Assembly (NCBI GenBank): GCA_045600465.1
Contig: JAZRXY010000020.1
Location: forward strand, 2,396 to 66,395
DNA from: Bacilli bacterium
Lineage (GTDB): Bacteria; Bacillota_I; Bacilli_A; RFN20; UBA1709
Reading direction: 5' to 3'
DNA: 64,000 nt
Made by a program: the position numbers and the translations under genes. The notes beneath the pieces were generated by a model, which saw only the letters and a program-made list of their open reading frames with translations, did no database searches and had not been told where the DNA came from. Positions 27,903-38,748 of the stretch are shown in pieces. Positions within the stretch are counted from its first letter, which is position 1. Every line of letters begins with the position of its first letter.

Positions 27903-27926
27903 AAGGAGGATTATTCCTCCTTTTTA
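27903..27926 (+). terminator. Intrinsic terminator
   Basis: AAGGAGGA-ttat-TCCTCCTT followed by TTT. Confidence 0.75.
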
Positions 27927-27996
27927 TATTAAAATCTATTGATTTTAAAGTTGAATAAAAACTACTAAAAAGGTATAATTATTTCGTGGTGATAGA

Positions 27997-29199
27997 ATGA
28001 AAAAAATAGCAATTATTGGGGGCGGCGCTAGTGGAATGCTAGCAGCTATAAAAATAAAGCAAGAATTAAAAGACAAAGTTGATGTTACTATTTTTGAGCG
28101 CAACAAAAGACTTGGAAAAAAACTTGCGATGTCAGGTAATGGCAGAGGAAATCTTTCAAATAGAAACGTTAGTGCAGATAAATACAATAATCCTAACTTT
28201 GTCAAACCACTTTTAGATAATTATGATTCAAAGAAATTGCAAGATTATTTCTTATCACTTGGACTCCTTAGTAAAGTAGATGCAGCAGGTAGAGTTTATC
28301 CATATAGTGAAAACGCTAATAATGTTGTTGATATTTTAAGGAATAAAATTGAACATCTTGGCATTAAGGTTGTCGAAGATGAAATCGATAAAGTTAGTTA
28401 CGATGCTAACTACATAATAAAAAAAGAACACTACGATTATTTAATCATTGCAGCTGGCAGTGGCGCAGGATCAAATGAAAAAATTAATCCTTTAGCGCAG
28501 AGCATTAAAGATTTAGGACATAATTTTACTAGATTATTTCCAGGACTTTCTCCTATTCCTAGTGATAACAAATACTTATCTAGCGTAAGAGGCGTAAGAG
28601 TTGATGCTAAAACTTATCTTTATATTGAAAATAAGCTAATTCATGAAGAAGAAGGCGAAGTTTTATTTAAGGATGATGCCTTAAGTGGCATTGTTATCTT
28701 TAATCAAGCAAGCTATTATTCTCGTTATTTAATTGATAATGGCTTAACAAAAGCTAAACTTGTCGTTGATTTCTTTAAAGATTATGAAGAAAAAGACCTA
28801 GAGAAACTAATTATTGATCAAGTTAAAGCGAATGATGGTAGAGATAGTGAATGCATCTTAAAGGGATTTTTAAATAAAATGCTAGTTAAAATGATTCTAG
28901 GCACGATATCTGATTCGAAAGCAAATTTTGCTGAGCCGGGAACTCTCGCTCATATGTTGAAACACTTTGAGTTTGAAGTCGATTATCCAAAGAACTTTGC
29001 AAATGCTCAAGTGGTTTGTGGTGGAGTAAGAAGTGATGAAGTAGATAAATTAACTTTTGAATCAAAGAAAAAGAAAAATCTATTCTTTGGTGGCGAAATA
29101 CTTGATATAGATGGCGAATGCGGTGGCTATAACTTACACTTTGCCTTTGCAACAGGTTTGAATATTGCAAATACAATTATTAAACGAGAGGTGAAATAA
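27997..29199 (+). CDS. HI0933/BaiN-family FAD-dependent oxidoreductase
   Basis: IIGGGASGMLAA dinucleotide motif and MSGNGRGNLSN, characteristic of this family. Confidence 0.75.
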   Translation: MKKIAIIGGGASGMLAAIKIKQELKDKVDVTIFERNKRLGKKLAMSGNGRGNLSNRNVSADKYNNPNFVKPLLDNYDSKKLQDYFLSLGLLSKVDAAGRVYPYSENANNVVDILRNKIEHLGIKVVEDEIDKVSYDANYIIKKEHYDYLIIAAGSGAGSNEKINPLAQSIKDLGHNFTRLFPGLSPIPSDNKYLSSVRGVRVDAKTYLYIENKLIHEEEGEVLFKDDALSGIVIFNQASYYSRYLIDNGLTKAKLVVDFFKDYEEKDLEKLIIDQVKANDGRDSECILKGFLNKMLVKMILGTISDSKANFAEPGTLAHMLKHFEFEVDYPKNFANAQVVCGGVRSDEVDKLTFESKKKKNLFFGGEILDIDGECGGYNLHFAFATGLNIANTIIKREVK

Positions 29200-29202
29200 A
29201 CC

Positions 29203-30531
29203 GTGTTTTTAAGTTTCTTTGATGTTTTTAGTAATACCAAAGTCTTAGTTAGCGTAGGATTAGGAATAATTGCTATCTTACTAAGTATCTTTTTAGCTAA
29301 GCGTTATAAACTTAATTCGTATCAAATTATTATTTTTATCCTATATATGGTGTTTTGGTTCTCAATTATTATTGCAAGAGACTATCGAAAGGCTTTTGCA
29401 GCAGTTGAAACTGGCTTAGGAGGTTTAGAATTAGGGGAAGCGGCGGCAGCAGTTATTGCTGGAGCGTATGGACTTGTTTCTATTTTTGCTAGAATTACTT
29501 TCTTTGGTTTAAGCGATATTTTTAAAACTAGAAAGTTCTTTATTTGTCTAGCTTTAGTTATTATTGCTGGAACTTCATTAGCAGTAGCCATTAATCCATG
29601 CTATACAACATTATTTTTATCATCGTTAGCATTCGGGCTTGGTGCAAGCTTACTTGCTATGTTTAATGTTATGTTTGCAGAGACATTTGATAAGAGCCAA
29701 ACAATGGCTTCAGTATCAATTCTTTCTATCGCGCCATTAATTGCTGAGTTATTAGTTGCACCTTTACAATATTATGCAACTCAAAACACACCAAGGAACT
29801 ATGTTTTTATGTGGATTGTAAGTGCCATCTTTGCAATTGGTAGTTTAATTTTCATTTTATGTGTAAAAGAGAAAAGACCAACTGTCAAAAGTTTTACAAA
29901 AGTTGGGTTTAAGACAGCACTTACTGATTATAGATTTATCGTTATTTGCATTGTTGGAATCTTAATTTCATTTATTAAATTTTCCACAGCGGGTTCAAAT
30001 ATGACACATTACTCTAACTTAGTAAATATGGATCCAATGATGGTGGCTTATTTAGGAGTATTATTCTCAATAACTCAATTAGGATCAAGCGTTTTGATGG
30101 GCACAGTATTAACTAAAAAGATTGGAGTTAAGTGGACTCTTATTTTAGGAGTATTCTTATCAACTATCTTCTCTATTATTGGAGGATTAATTACAAACCC
30201 AATCATTCTATTTGTTGCTTATGGCTTAAATGGAATTGGTTATGGCTTAACTTATAATGTTTTGATTGGTCTTGCCATTAGACCATTTGGTAAAGATATT
30301 AAAGATGTTACTATGGGCATTTTCCAAACATTCTTTGCTGTTGGTATCTGGTTAGGAGATAAGATTTACAACTTTGTTATTGATGTATTTGGTGGTGGAT
30401 TAAGTGGAATCGCACTATACCAAAGAACATACTTAATTACTGCAGTAGTTTGCGTAATCACAATTATTCTTTGCTTCATTGTCTTTAGAAATGAAAAAAA
30501 GGGAATTAAAAACAAAAAAGGAGAGGACTAG
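29203..30531 (+). CDS. Polytopic membrane transporter (probably MFS)
   Basis: A 442-aa protein with about 12 hydrophobic helices and a central basic loop (KEKRPTVKSF). GTG start. The family is not verified. Confidence 0.5.
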   Translation: MFLSFFDVFSNTKVLVSVGLGIIAILLSIFLAKRYKLNSYQIIIFILYMVFWFSIIIARDYRKAFAAVETGLGGLELGEAAAAVIAGAYGLVSIFARITFFGLSDIFKTRKFFICLALVIIAGTSLAVAINPCYTTLFLSSLAFGLGASLLAMFNVMFAETFDKSQTMASVSILSIAPLIAELLVAPLQYYATQNTPRNYVFMWIVSAIFAIGSLIFILCVKEKRPTVKSFTKVGFKTALTDYRFIVICIVGILISFIKFSTAGSNMTHYSNLVNMDPMMVAYLGVLFSITQLGSSVLMGTVLTKKIGVKWTLILGVFLSTIFSIIGGLITNPIILFVAYGLNGIGYGLTYNVLIGLAIRPFGKDIKDVTMGIFQTFFAVGIWLGDKIYNFVIDVFGGGLSGIALYQRTYLITAVVCVITIILCFIVFRNEKKGIKNKKGED

Positions 30532-30533
30532 CA

Positions 30534-30980
30534 ATGAAAAAAATATTAGGTATTTTTCTAAGTTTATTTTTGGTTTTTGGGCTTACTTCTTGTGATAAAG
30601 CTTTAAGTGATAGTGAAAAGGTTGTTTTATTTCAAAGAGCATTAGGAGATGAAACTTTAACCTATATTGATCATGATACTTATCAAAAGTTTATTGACGA
30701 GAAGTATGACTTTGTTTTGCTTTTAGCACAAACAACATGTTCACACTGTACTGCATTTAAACCAATTTTAGAAGAGTTTGTAAATAAAAATGGAGCTAAA
30801 ATTTATGTCTTAGATACTTTAGCACTTGATATCCTTCAATACGATTACACACCTTGCTTAGTTTTTTATAAAAATGGAGAATTAATCAACAAGGTTGATC
30901 CGACAGAAAATGAAAAGATTTTTGAAAAACTAGATAAGCTAGAAGTTTACATGTACAAATATGTAAATGTCTTAGAATAG
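30534..30980 (+). CDS. Thioredoxin-fold lipoprotein
   Basis: Lipobox LTSC and CSHC redox motif in QTTCSHCTAFKPILEEF. Confidence 0.65.
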   Translation: MKKILGIFLSLFLVFGLTSCDKALSDSEKVVLFQRALGDETLTYIDHDTYQKFIDEKYDFVLLLAQTTCSHCTAFKPILEEFVNKNGAKIYVLDTLALDILQYDYTPCLVFYKNGELINKVDPTENEKIFEKLDKLEVYMYKYVNVLE

Positions 30981-32492
<1,512 letters not shown>

Positions 32493-32507
32493 AAAGAAGA
32501 TATATTT

Positions 32508-33950
32508 ATGTATGATGTAGTCATTATTGGTTGTGGCGTTATCGGATGTGCCATTGCCCATGAATTAGCTAAATACAAATTGAAAACACTTAACATCGAT
32601 AAAGAAAACGATGTTTGTGAAAAAACAAGTATGGCTAATAGTGCAATTGTTCACTCGGGCTATGATCCACATCCAGGTACTTTAAAAGCAAGATTTAATG
32701 TTGAGGGCAATAAAATGTTTGATCAAGTAACTAAAGATCTTGATGTAGAATTCAAGAGAATTGGTTCTATCACTTTAGCTTTTAGTAAAGAAGAAGTTGA
32801 AACATTAAAGTCTCTTCAAGAAAATGGTAATGCTAATGGAGTAGAGACCAAACTATTAACTGCCGAAGAAGTTTTTGCAATGGAACCAATGGTTGCAAAG
32901 ACTTGTTTGGGTGGCTTACTTGCTCCAACTTGTGGGATTATCAATCCGTTTGAGTTAACGATAGCTTTAATGGAAAACGCAATGGATAATGGGGCAGAGT
33001 TAAAGTTAAATAGCCAAGTAACTAAAATTAATAAGGCTAATGACCATTATGAAATTGTCATTAATGATAAAGAAATAATTGAAACAAAAATGGTGGTTAA
33101 TGCTGCAGGTGTTGGTAGTGGTAAAATTGCTCATTTAATTGGGAATAATGATTTTGAAGTTAATCCAAGAAAAGGTGAGTATTATGTTTTAGATCACTTC
33201 AAAACACCATTTGTTAATCATACACTTTTCCCTTGCCCTAGTGAAAAAGGGAAAGGAGTTCTTGTCACCCCTACAACTCATGGTAACTATTTGATTGGAC
33301 CAACAAGCGAATTTGTTGAAAGTGAAGAAGATACATCAACTGATGCAAATGATTTGGCGGATGTAAAGAAAAAGAGTGCAATATTAGTCCCTAACATTCC
33401 TTATAACTACATGATAAGAGTGTTTGCTGGATTAAGAGCTGTTTCTACAACTGGAGATTTCATTATTGAAGAAGATAAGAATAACAAGAACTTTTATCAC
33501 GCAGCAGGTATTCAATCTCCAGGACTTGCTTCTAGTTTGGCAATTGCTAAATACATCAGAGAATTAATTGAAAAGAATAATAAACTAGAAGTAAATTCTA
33601 ATTATAATCCTAGAAGAAGACCTCTTATTAGACTTAATAAGAAAAGTGATGAAGGAAGAAAAACTTTAATTAATAAAAACCCTAAACTAGGTCGTATTAT
33701 TTGTCGTTGCGAAGTAGTTAGTGAAGGTGAAATATTAGATGTCATCCATCGTAACTGTGGAGCAACAACAATTAAAGGAGTTAAGAAGAGAGTAAGACCA
33801 GGATTTGGGAAATGCCAAGGAGGTTTTTGTGAGGCGTTGGTACTAAAGATTTTGGCGAGAGAACTCAATAAAAACCCATTAGATATTAGATACGGTAATA
33901 GTGATTCTTATATCTTGGAGGAAGCAACAAAGACTGGAGGTAATGACTAA
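32508..33950 (+). CDS. FAD-dependent glycerol-3-phosphate dehydrogenase/oxidase-like protein with BFD-like 2Fe-2S domain
   Basis: VVIIGCGVIGCAIAHEL FAD motif and C-terminal ICRCE...GKCQGGFC. Sits directly after glpK. Confidence 0.7.
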   Translation: MYDVVIIGCGVIGCAIAHELAKYKLKTLNIDKENDVCEKTSMANSAIVHSGYDPHPGTLKARFNVEGNKMFDQVTKDLDVEFKRIGSITLAFSKEEVETLKSLQENGNANGVETKLLTAEEVFAMEPMVAKTCLGGLLAPTCGIINPFELTIALMENAMDNGAELKLNSQVTKINKANDHYEIVINDKEIIETKMVVNAAGVGSGKIAHLIGNNDFEVNPRKGEYYVLDHFKTPFVNHTLFPCPSEKGKGVLVTPTTHGNYLIGPTSEFVESEEDTSTDANDLADVKKKSAILVPNIPYNYMIRVFAGLRAVSTTGDFIIEEDKNNKNFYHAAGIQSPGLASSLAIAKYIRELIEKNNKLEVNSNYNPRRRPLIRLNKKSDEGRKTLINKNPKLGRIICRCEVVSEGEILDVIHRNCGATTIKGVKKRVRPGFGKCQGGFCEALVLKILARELNKNPLDIRYGNSDSYILEEATKTGGND

Positions 33951-35206
33951 TGAAAGAATATGATGTTGTCATTATCGGTGGTGGAAGTGCGGGGTTAGCT
34001 GCAGCTATAGGCGCATATGATAATGGAGTTAAGAATATTTTGATTATTGAAAAAGAACCTTACCTAGGGGGAATTCTTAACCAATGTATTCACACAGGAT
34101 TCGGCTTACAAGAGTTTAAGCAACTTATGAGTGGACCTGAATATGCTGAAAGATTTATTGATCAATTAAAGCAAAGAAATATTCCTTACTTACTTGAAAC
34201 GGTTGTTTTAAGTATTGATGAGAATAAAAATGTTTACTATTCAAATGAAAAAGAAGGATATCAAGTTATTCATACTAAAACTATTATCCTAGCTGCTGGA
34301 TGTATGGAGCGCAATAGAGGAGCTATTGCAATGCCAGGTGATAGATGCAGTGGTGTTATGACAGCAGGAATTGCACAAAGATATCTAAATATCGATGGCT
34401 ACTTAGTGGGTAAAAAAGTATTTATTTTAGGTAGTGGTGATATCGGCTTAATTATGGCAAGACGTATGACACTAGAAGGTGCTAAAGTCCTTGGCGTAGC
34501 AGAATTAATGCCATATTCAAATGGATTAACTAGAAATATTGTTCAATGTTTACAAGACTTTGATATTCCACTTTATTTAAGCCACACTATTACTAAAACA
34601 ATTGGTAAGGGTAGACTTGAAGGAATTGAAATAAGTGAGGTTGATGGACATATGCAACCTATTAAAGGCACAGAAAAAACTTTTGAAGTTGATACATTAC
34701 TTCTTTCAATAGGTTTAATCCCATACAATGATTTATTAGATGCTTTCAATTTAGAATCAAACCCAAAAACAAAAGGTGCTATTGTAAATGAATCAATGGA
34801 AACTAAATGCCCAGGGATCTTCTCGTGTGGTAATGTTTTACACGTTCATGATTTAGTAGACTTTGTTACAAATGAAGCAAGAAAAGCAGGACTTGGTGCT
34901 GCTAGATTTGTTAAAGGTGAATTAAAGCATGATGGCGAATGCATTAAGGTTAGTGCTGGCAAGGGATTAGGTTATATTGTCCCTAATAGTATTAATAAAG
35001 AGAATATTATTGATAAAGTTAGTCTAAACTTTAGAGTAGTAACTCCTTATGACAATAAAAAACTTGTCGTTAAATTTAATGGAAAAGTAATTAAAGAAAT
35101 TCATCGATTAAAAATGCTTCCAGCTGAAATGGAAATGATCGATCTAACTAAGGATGTCTTTGATGTAAATAAGGGCGAACTTAGTGTAGAAGTGGAGGGA
35201 ATTTAG
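33950..35206 (+). CDS. Pyridine nucleotide-disulfide oxidoreductase-family flavoprotein (partner of the preceding gene)
   Basis: VVIIGGGSAGLAAA and ILGSGDIGLIMA dinucleotide motifs. ATGA overlap with the upstream gene. Confidence 0.7.
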   Translation: MKEYDVVIIGGGSAGLAAAIGAYDNGVKNILIIEKEPYLGGILNQCIHTGFGLQEFKQLMSGPEYAERFIDQLKQRNIPYLLETVVLSIDENKNVYYSNEKEGYQVIHTKTIILAAGCMERNRGAIAMPGDRCSGVMTAGIAQRYLNIDGYLVGKKVFILGSGDIGLIMARRMTLEGAKVLGVAELMPYSNGLTRNIVQCLQDFDIPLYLSHTITKTIGKGRLEGIEISEVDGHMQPIKGTEKTFEVDTLLLSIGLIPYNDLLDAFNLESNPKTKGAIVNESMETKCPGIFSCGNVLHVHDLVDFVTNEARKAGLGAARFVKGELKHDGECIKVSAGKGLGYIVPNSINKENIIDKVSLNFRVVTPYDNKKLVVKFNGKVIKEIHRLKMLPAEMEMIDLTKDVFDVNKGELSVEVEGI

Positions 35207-35551
35207 ATGAGAGAAATTATTTGTATTGTCTGTCCTAGAGGGTGTCATATTAGCGTTGATGATAATAAAAACATCAGCGGTTATACTTGCAATCGAGGAT
35301 TAGAATATACTAAAAACGAAATCACTTGTCCTAAAAGAACATTGACCTCTACTGTTAAAATTAAATCAAGTGAAGCAACTAGACTTCCAGTTGCAACAAA
35401 TGGTGATGTTCCTAAAACGATGTTATTTGATATTATGAAGTATTTAAATAATGTTGAAGTAACTGCTCCTGTTCATCTACATGATGTTATTATTAAAGAT
35501 GTACTAGGAACAGGAATTGATATAATTGCTACAAAAAGTATTTTAAAATAG
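35207..35551 (+). CDS. DUF1667-type small Cys-rich protein
   Basis: [19 protein letters not shown] motif. Third member of the conserved three-gene set next to glpK. Confidence 0.65.
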   Translation: MREIICIVCPRGCHISVDDNKNISGYTCNRGLEYTKNEITCPKRTLTSTVKIKSSEATRLPVATNGDVPKTMLFDIMKYLNNVEVTAPVHLHDVIIKDVLGTGIDIIATKSILK

Positions 35552-35562
35552 GAGGAACTTTT

Positions 35563-36201
35563 ATGAAATTTTTTATTGATACAGCTAACGTTGAAGAAAT
35601 TAGAGAAGTAAGTAGTTGGGGCGTTATTGATGGTGTGACAACAAATCCATCATTAATTGCTAAAGAAGGAAGAAAACTTGAAGATGTTATTAAAGAAATC
35701 ACATCATTAATTGATGGTCCTATTAGTGCTGAAGTTGCAGAAGGCGATGCAAAAAGTATGATTAAGCAAGGACTAGAATTAGCCAAGATTCATAAAAACA
35801 TTGTTATTAAGCTTCCAATGACATTAGAAGGAATTAAAGCATGTAAAGAATTAAGTAAACACGGTGTTCACACCAATGTAACTCTTGTATTTACAACTCA
35901 ACAAGCAGTAATGGCTGCTAAAGCTGGAGCAACTTATGTTTCTCCATTCATGGGAAGACTTGATGATGTAGAAATGGGAACAGGAGCAGCTCTAATTGAA
36001 AAGATTGCAGCAATCTTTGATATTTATGGTTATTCTACAGAAATCATTGCTGCTTCTATAAGACATAATGATCACGTTGAACAAGCAATGCTTGCAGGCT
36101 CTGATATTGCAACTATTCCTTTCAAGGTATTAAAGGCAATGTTAGAACATCCTCTAACAACAAAAGGATTAGCAATTTTTGCTGATGCTGCTAAGAAGTA
36201 A
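35563..36201 (+). CDS. Fructose-6-phosphate aldolase / short transaldolase
   Basis: [23 protein letters not shown] and VIKLPMT (Schiff-base Lys region), at about 212 aa. Confidence 0.85.
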   Translation: MKFFIDTANVEEIREVSSWGVIDGVTTNPSLIAKEGRKLEDVIKEITSLIDGPISAEVAEGDAKSMIKQGLELAKIHKNIVIKLPMTLEGIKACKELSKHGVHTNVTLVFTTQQAVMAAKAGATYVSPFMGRLDDVEMGTGAALIEKIAAIFDIYGYSTEIIAASIRHNDHVEQAMLAGSDIATIPFKVLKAMLEHPLTTKGLAIFADAAKK

Positions 36202-36202
36202 T

Positions 36203-36796
36203 ATGAAACAAATTATTATTGCAACGCATAATGCTAATAAGGTCAAAGAATATAAAGAGCTATTTGCTAAATATGGTTATGAGGTATTAAGCCTTAAAGA
36301 TGTTGGTTACACTAAAGAAATTGAAGAAACTGGCACAACATTTGCAGAAAATGCCATTATTAAAGCAGATACATTATGCAAATTCTTGAATAAGTTAGTA
36401 ATAAGTGATGATACCGGACTTATGATAGAGGCATTAGATAATAAGCCGGGTATTTATAGTGCTAGATTTATGGGAGAAGATACTCCTCAAGAAATCAAGA
36501 ATAAAAAAATCATTGAACTAATGAAAGATAAAGCAAACCGCAAAGCATCATTCACTTGTGCAATTGCACTAGCTATACCTAATAAGAAAACTCAAGTAGT
36601 TGAAGGCGTCATAAATGGTGAGATAGCAACTTCTTTAAGAGGAGATGTTGGCTTTGGTTATGACCCAATATTTGTAGTTCCTAGTTTAGGTAAAACTTAT
36701 GCAGAATTAGGACTAAGTGGGAAAAATGAAGTTTCTCATAGATTTCTAGCTACAAATAAACTGATTGATTTAATGAAGAAAGAAGGCTTGCTATAA
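36203..36796 (+). CDS. rdgB: Non-canonical purine NTP pyrophosphatase (RdgB/HAM1)
   Basis: IIIATHNANKVKEY, SDDTGL, GFGYDPIF and SHRF motifs. ATG 36203 follows the upstream stop. Confidence 0.85.
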   Translation: MKQIIIATHNANKVKEYKELFAKYGYEVLSLKDVGYTKEIEETGTTFAENAIIKADTLCKFLNKLVISDDTGLMIEALDNKPGIYSARFMGEDTPQEIKNKKIIELMKDKANRKASFTCAIALAIPNKKTQVVEGVINGEIATSLRGDVGFGYDPIFVVPSLGKTYAELGLSGKNEVSHRFLATNKLIDLMKKEGLL

Positions 36797-37261
36797 ATGA
36801 GTGAATCAAAAGAGACTAAGAAGCAGGCCTTTAAATATTTCTTATTTGCTTGTAGTGCAGGTGTAATCCAATTTGGAGTATCCACCTTACTTAAGGCATT
36901 CTTAGGTAGATTTATGGATCCTAGTGCAACAATGTGGTTTATTAGAGAAACTAATACAATTACATTCATTGCCCAAACAGTGGGATTATGTCTATCAATT
37001 ATTTGGAATTTTACTTTTAATAGAAAGTTTACATTTAAAAAAGCCACTAACGTTCCTAAATCAATGGCTTTAGCGTTTCTTTTCTATGTTCCTTTCTATC
37101 CATTTCAAACTTGGTATATTGCAACAATAGAACCACTTTTATTAAATGCAGGAATAGGAGATCTTATTAGTTTTATCATTGCAGAGGGGACTTGCATGAT
37201 AATTAATTTGATTCTTGAGTTTTGCTGGCAAAAGTTTGTGGTATTTAAAGACAAACAATAA
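36797..37261 (+). CDS. GtrA-family membrane protein
   Basis: FKYFLFACSAGVIQFGVSTLL N-terminus, four TM helices, and WNFTFNRKFTF typical of GtrA. Confidence 0.7.
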   Translation: MSESKETKKQAFKYFLFACSAGVIQFGVSTLLKAFLGRFMDPSATMWFIRETNTITFIAQTVGLCLSIIWNFTFNRKFTFKKATNVPKSMALAFLFYVPFYPFQTWYIATIEPLLLNAGIGDLISFIIAEGTCMIINLILEFCWQKFVVFKDKQ

Positions 37262-37286
37262 AAGAACCTCGCGGTTCTTTTTTTGT
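37261..37286. terminator. Bidirectional intrinsic terminator
   Basis: AAAGAACC-tcgc-GGTTCTTT followed by a T-run, between convergent genes. Confidence 0.75.
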
Positions 37287-37290
37287 TTAA

Positions 37291-37887
37291 TTAATCATTA
37301 ACTCCCATGAATTCTGCAAGTGATTCATAATCAGCAATTCCGACAAGAGCTTCACTAGCAACTTTGTTTTGGAAGTGAACAATTGTAGGTGTTTGGTAGA
37401 CATATTCATCAGTTTCAGCTTCATAGAATGTTTTGTAGCCTGATGTTGTAACACCAACATCAACAAGTTTTCCAAATGAGAAGAATGTTTCATCAGTGAT
37501 TGTTTCATCATTGTATTTATCTTCATTCTTTTCAACATCAATTGTGTAGAAGATAAAGTCATCTTTGTATGATGAAATGAATTTTTCAATGATTGGATAT
37601 GCTTTTTCACATGAAGCGCATGTTTCTTGAGTAATTAATACATAAGTATCTTTACCTGATTCAATTAGAGAAATGACATCTCCATATACTGCTGTTGTGC
37701 AATGTGGGCAAGGTTTTCCAGCATTTGCTTCTTTTTCAATCTTGGCAGCTTTTGCAGAACTTGTAATTCCTTGAACTGCGAAGATTAATGCAAAGACTAA
37801 TGCTACTAGAATAACTGGTTGAAGCCAGTAGTTATTTTCAAGTGCCTTTTTAATTTTTGTTAATTTATCATTGGCTTTTTCATTCAT
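37291..37887 (-). CDS. Membrane-anchored thioredoxin-fold protein
   Basis: N-terminal TM (WLQPVILVALVFALIFAV), then CPHC and ITQETCASCEKAYPII motifs. Start at ATG 37887 after AGGAGG. Confidence 0.6.
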   Translation of the reverse strand: MNEKANDKLTKIKKALENNYWLQPVILVALVFALIFAVQGITSSAKAAKIEKEANAGKPCPHCTTAVYGDVISLIESGKDTYVLITQETCASCEKAYPIIEKFISSYKDDFIFYTIDVEKNEDKYNDETITDETFFSFGKLVDVGVTTSGYKTFYEAETDEYVYQTPTIVHFQNKVASEALVGIADYESLAEFMGVND

Positions 37888-37992
37888 TGTAATCGGCCTC
37901 CTAAATCTAAACTTTGTTAACGTTATAATAATATCATTATTATTATGGAATTTCAACTGATTGTTGTTATAATATAACAAGCGGAAGAAGGG

Positions 37993-38574
37993 ATGAAAAT
38001 GTTAAAAAGAAAACAATCTAATCTTGTAATAAGCATTATTGTATTAATATCTTTAATCCTTACTTGTTATTTAGCAATCACTAATATAATAGTTGGCTTA
38101 GACTTTTTATTGGCTAGTAATTCATCTAAAGCTGATTTGATTTTATCAAATCATCCTCATCTTCCATTAATAAGAGTTTTTAATTCTTTGCTAGCTTTAC
38201 AAACATCAAATAAAGCGGGAATTGCGACATTCTTCTATGCAATGACTTTATTTTTCTCTTCACTTGGCGTTATTGAAATAATTTATATAGTACTACAAAT
38301 GGTAGAAGCAGTTATGTTATATACAAATAAAGATGAAGTATTTGTTGGATTTTGGATTACTTTTATTGCTAACATAATCTTTTTAATTCAATGCTTAGTC
38401 TCTGCAATTTTTGCACTAGAGGCATTTTATTTCAATCGAACTACGCTGTTAGATCTTTCTAAAGGCTTTGGAATATTCTACATAGTTGTTGGTGCTTTAG
38501 TTTTAGTTTTTGCACTAATTGGAATAATATATGTAGTTTTAAACTATAAAAAAAGTCAAGCTAAGCCTGACTAA
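37993..38574 (+). CDS. Integral membrane protein, unknown function
   Basis: A 193-aa ORF with four or five hydrophobic helices. No motif recognised. Confidence 0.5.
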   Translation: MKMLKRKQSNLVISIIVLISLILTCYLAITNIIVGLDFLLASNSSKADLILSNHPHLPLIRVFNSLLALQTSNKAGIATFFYAMTLFFSSLGVIEIIYIVLQMVEAVMLYTNKDEVFVGFWITFIANIIFLIQCLVSAIFALEAFYFNRTTLLDLSKGFGIFYIVVGALVLVFALIGIIYVVLNYKKSQAKPD

Positions 38575-38579
38575 ATAAA

Positions 38580-38667
38580 TGGCGGAGAAATAGGGATTCG
38601 AACCCTAGCACCTATTAGGCCTATCGGTTTTCGAAACCGACCCCTTCAACCACTTGGGTATTTCTCC
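38580..38667 (-). tRNA. tRNA-Ser (anticodon CGA)
   Basis: The reverse complement reads GGAGAAA...TCGGT-TTCGAAA-ACCGA, with a long variable arm, T-arm TAGGG-TTCGAAT-CCCTA, TTTCTCC-G-CCA. Confidence 0.85.
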
Positions 38668-38748
38668 ATTATGTTTAATTATACATTAATATAGTTGTTT
38701 AGGGTAGAGAGTAACACTTAAAAGTGTTATAATTATTGAGGTGATAAA

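Noticed and set aside
37287-37610. Same-strand alternative-frame ORF of 107 aa overlapping the thioredoxin-fold gene
   Set aside because: The overlapping frame (37291..37887) has the TM anchor, CxxC motifs and a strong AGGAGG RBS. The alternative frame gives a repetitive K/L/M/H-rich product.
38713-38728. Palindrome AACACTTAAAAGTGTT resembling the CACACTTAA/TTAAGTGTG hairpin upstream of tRNA-His (16152-16170), as a possible shared regulator site
   Set aside because: There are only two instances, with different spacing and different positions relative to promoters. Short AT-rich palindromes of this kind are expected by chance.
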